Assembly: GCF_009914755.1 (NCBI RefSeq)
Contig: NC_060947.1
Strand: one strand, 5' to 3'
Length of the DNA: 64,000 bases
Source of the DNA: the human T2T-CHM13v2.0 reference genome, Homo sapiens
Shown: positions 61,267-64,000 of the stretch, one piece after another
Layout: each line of letters starts with the position of its first letter
How positions within the stretch are numbered: the first letter of the stretch is position 1
Notes under the pieces: generated by a model
The model's input: only the letters and a program-made list of their open reading frames with translations
Databases searched by the model: none
Told to the model about the DNA's origin: nothing
Translations under genes and position numbers: made by a program

Positions 61267-61622
61267 AAATTAAAAAATCAGCCAGGCATGATGGCATGCA
61301 TCTGTAGTCCTAGCTACTCAGAAGGCTGAGGCAGGAGGCTGAGGCAGGAAGATCACTTGGGCCCTGGAGTTTGAGGCTGCAGTGAGTCATGCAGACTCAA
61401 ACTCAGCTTGGGTGACATAGCCAGACCCTGTCTCTAAAAAAATAACTAGGTACAAATTTCATCCTTAAATGTAAACAACCAATCGTGTTCACTTTGGTTG
61501 CCCAAAGACTACAAAAAGCTCAGGGGCTCTGCCCTTAGGCCTGGCAGTGAAGCAGTTCCCAGGCAGAGTTTCTGTTTTCAAGGGTGCTCAGGATTTGGAG
61601 AAAAGTTCCTTTCAGTAACTGA
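61267..61622 (+). repeat. Left arm of 356-bp inverted duplication (Alu right monomer plus ~180 bp non-Alu)
   Basis: Reverse complement matches 63439-63794 with 6 substitutions and no gaps by manual alignment. Confidence 0.95.
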
Positions 61623-62535
61623 AATTAGCTACTTGTCCCTGTGTAAGCTAGACATCACGAGGTTAATAGATAATGGATGAAGAGGCCAAATACCTCATCC
61701 TTAGCTGTGGAGAGCTTATAAAATAGTCCCTTTATTCTCATCTTTATCTTTTAATCCTGAATCCTTAGACTAGTTGACTTTATCATTACAGAATACCTTT
61801 TCTTACCCTCTTGACATGTCAACTACAAATACTGTTTCCTGGACTTTGTTTCTAAAGTCTGAAGTGTTTTTATGTTTCTACTTGTGACATGTATGCCCCA
61901 CCCCCCCCCCCAACATTTGACAGTCCTTATTTCACTAGGGTTGCCTATGGGACATAAGGAAAGATGTTACCTATCCTAAGACATAGTAACCTGGTAAAAT
62001 CTTATAGTGAAATAATAGGAACTTTATGAATTTGCATTGTGTAGAAAGGATTGATGGTAGAAATAATTTAGAGATTTCAAGCTTCTTCCTTTTTAGTCTG
62101 TGCCTGGGCTTTGTTTTTTGTTTTTTAAATTTTGGAGATATGCCACTGATTTCTAATTCCTGCCAAATTGCCACATGCCTCTTTAAGAGCCATCAGTAGG
62201 AAGGTGTCTATATCATTAGGAAACCCTGTTTTGTAGTTGTACCTTTGTTGATCTCTTTTTGAGACTTTTGTTTGTTTGTTTCTTGTTCTTATCAGGCAGA
62301 CCCTGAACCAGAATAGGTTCAGAGAGGCTCTGATAGTTGTACTTTTGTTCCAGCAGAATGTGTGGACTTAAATTCTTAGAGTGATACTTTGAAAAAGAAT
62401 TTGTTATTGTTTAGGACTCAGCATTTTGACCAGTCATAATTTAATACGCTAAGTCAGTGGTGAATGGGGAAACATGTATTATATTTAATAATTGTCAAGG
62501 TAAATGATTTATGATGTTGATAATTCATTTACTGA

Positions 62536-62718
<183 letters not shown>

Positions 62719-63438
62719 TAAGAACATTTTTACTGATTTCTGCTAATAGCCCAAAAAAGCATCAAACGAACGTAGGTACGTTTGGTACAGATTACAAAAG
62801 TTAAAAAGCTCATCTGGACCAGGCACAGTGGCTCACGCCTGTAATCCCGGCACTCTGGGAGGCCGAGGTGGGAGGCTCAGTTGAACCCAGGAATTTGAGA
62901 CCAACCTGGGCAACATAGTGAGACTCCCATCTCAAAAATAAATGAATTAATTTTTTAAAAACCCATTTGTAGTTGGGAAGATTTTGGATGAGTGCTTCAA
63001 GCTTGGCTTCTGAAACAAATCATTAGAAATCATTAACTATATAATTATTTATTCATAGTAGTGAAATTCTTTGTATATTAGAGAATGCATCTGTCCTACT
63101 CTTAATAGGATATCTACTTTCTGGTTTTTTTTTTTTAGTATAGGCGATAGATTCACTATGAATGATAAAATATATATGCATTATGCCTGAGGTTAGGAAA
63201 ATAATGTGGTCAGTAGCCATGGGGCAGCCAAGGACCTTGGTTTCCTAGAATGGAGCTATGACCTGTTGTAGTAATTGGCTGCTTATGTGATTGTAGGGGG
63301 CGGGAGGGTCTAGATCCAGTCAATGTGAGAGATCGAAAGGTAAGGGCTCAGAAGAAAGGAAATACAGCTTGCTCGGTGCTATCATCTCCTTCTCTTTGTA
63401 AGTCTGGTGCTTTTGATGTGGTCTCTAGATATATATCA

Positions 63439-63794
63439 TCAGTCACTGAAAGGAACTTTTCTCCAAATCCTGAGCACCCTTGAAAACAGAAACTCTACCT
63501 GGGAACTGCTTCACTGCCAGGCCTAAGGGCAGAGCCCCTGAGCTTTTTGTAGTCTTTGGGCAACCAAAGTGAACACGATTGGTTGTTTACATTTAAGGAT
63601 GAAATTTGTACCTAGTTATTTTTTTAGAGACAGGGTCTGGCTGTGTCACCCAAGCTGAGTTTGAGTCTGCATGACTCACTGCAGCCTCAAACTCCAGGGC
63701 CCAAGTGATCTTCCTGCCTCAGCCTCCTGCCTCAGCCTTCTGAGTAGCTACGACTACAGATGCATGCCATCACGCCTAGCTGATTTTTTAATTT
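63439..63794 (-). repeat. Right arm of 356-bp inverted duplication
   Basis: Reverse complement of 61267-61622. Confidence 0.95.
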
Positions 63795-63921
63795 TTTGTA
63801 GAGACAGGGTCTCGCTATGTTGTCCAGGCTGGTAGGTCTTTAACTCCTGGCCTCAAGCAATCCTTTCTGCGTCAGCCTCCCAAAGTGCTGGGATTACAGG
63901 CACGAGCCACCACACCCAGCC
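63619..63921 (-). mobile_element. Full-length AluJ-like element in intron 2 (another antisense Alu starts at ~63930 and runs off the window)
   Basis: Both monomers present; TSD-like tgtacctagtt / tgtacctaatt flanks. Confidence 0.85.
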
Positions 63922-64000
63922 TGTACCTAATTCTTTTTTTGTTTTGTTTTGTTTTGTTTTTTGCTACAGGGTCCCGCTCTATCACCCAAGCTAGAGTGCA

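Overview
Human-type (primate) genomic DNA, very rich in Alu, L1, L2, LTR and DNA-transposon relics. The only supported protein-coding gene is the 5' end of ATP6AP2 ((pro)renin receptor / V-ATPase accessory protein; X-linked by established knowledge) on the + strand: CpG-island promoter about 54.0-55.0 kb, coding exon 1 at 54628-54664 and exon 2 at 62552-62682. The gene continues beyond the window. The first ~54 kb is intergenic and begins with degenerate ERVL protease/RT/RNase H relics. Nearly all ORFs in the supplied track are Alu or microsatellite read-throughs. Best finding: a gap-free 356-bp inverted duplication (350/356 identical, about half non-Alu) that brackets exon 2 across a 1.8-kb spacer. 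Next best: a full-length MER41 solo LTR with two intact GAS/STAT motifs ~9.6 kb upstream of the start codon, and a CTCF-like site with its upstream module at ~17.65 kb. Repeat subfamily names and most repeat boundaries are by-eye estimates, not RepeatMasker output.
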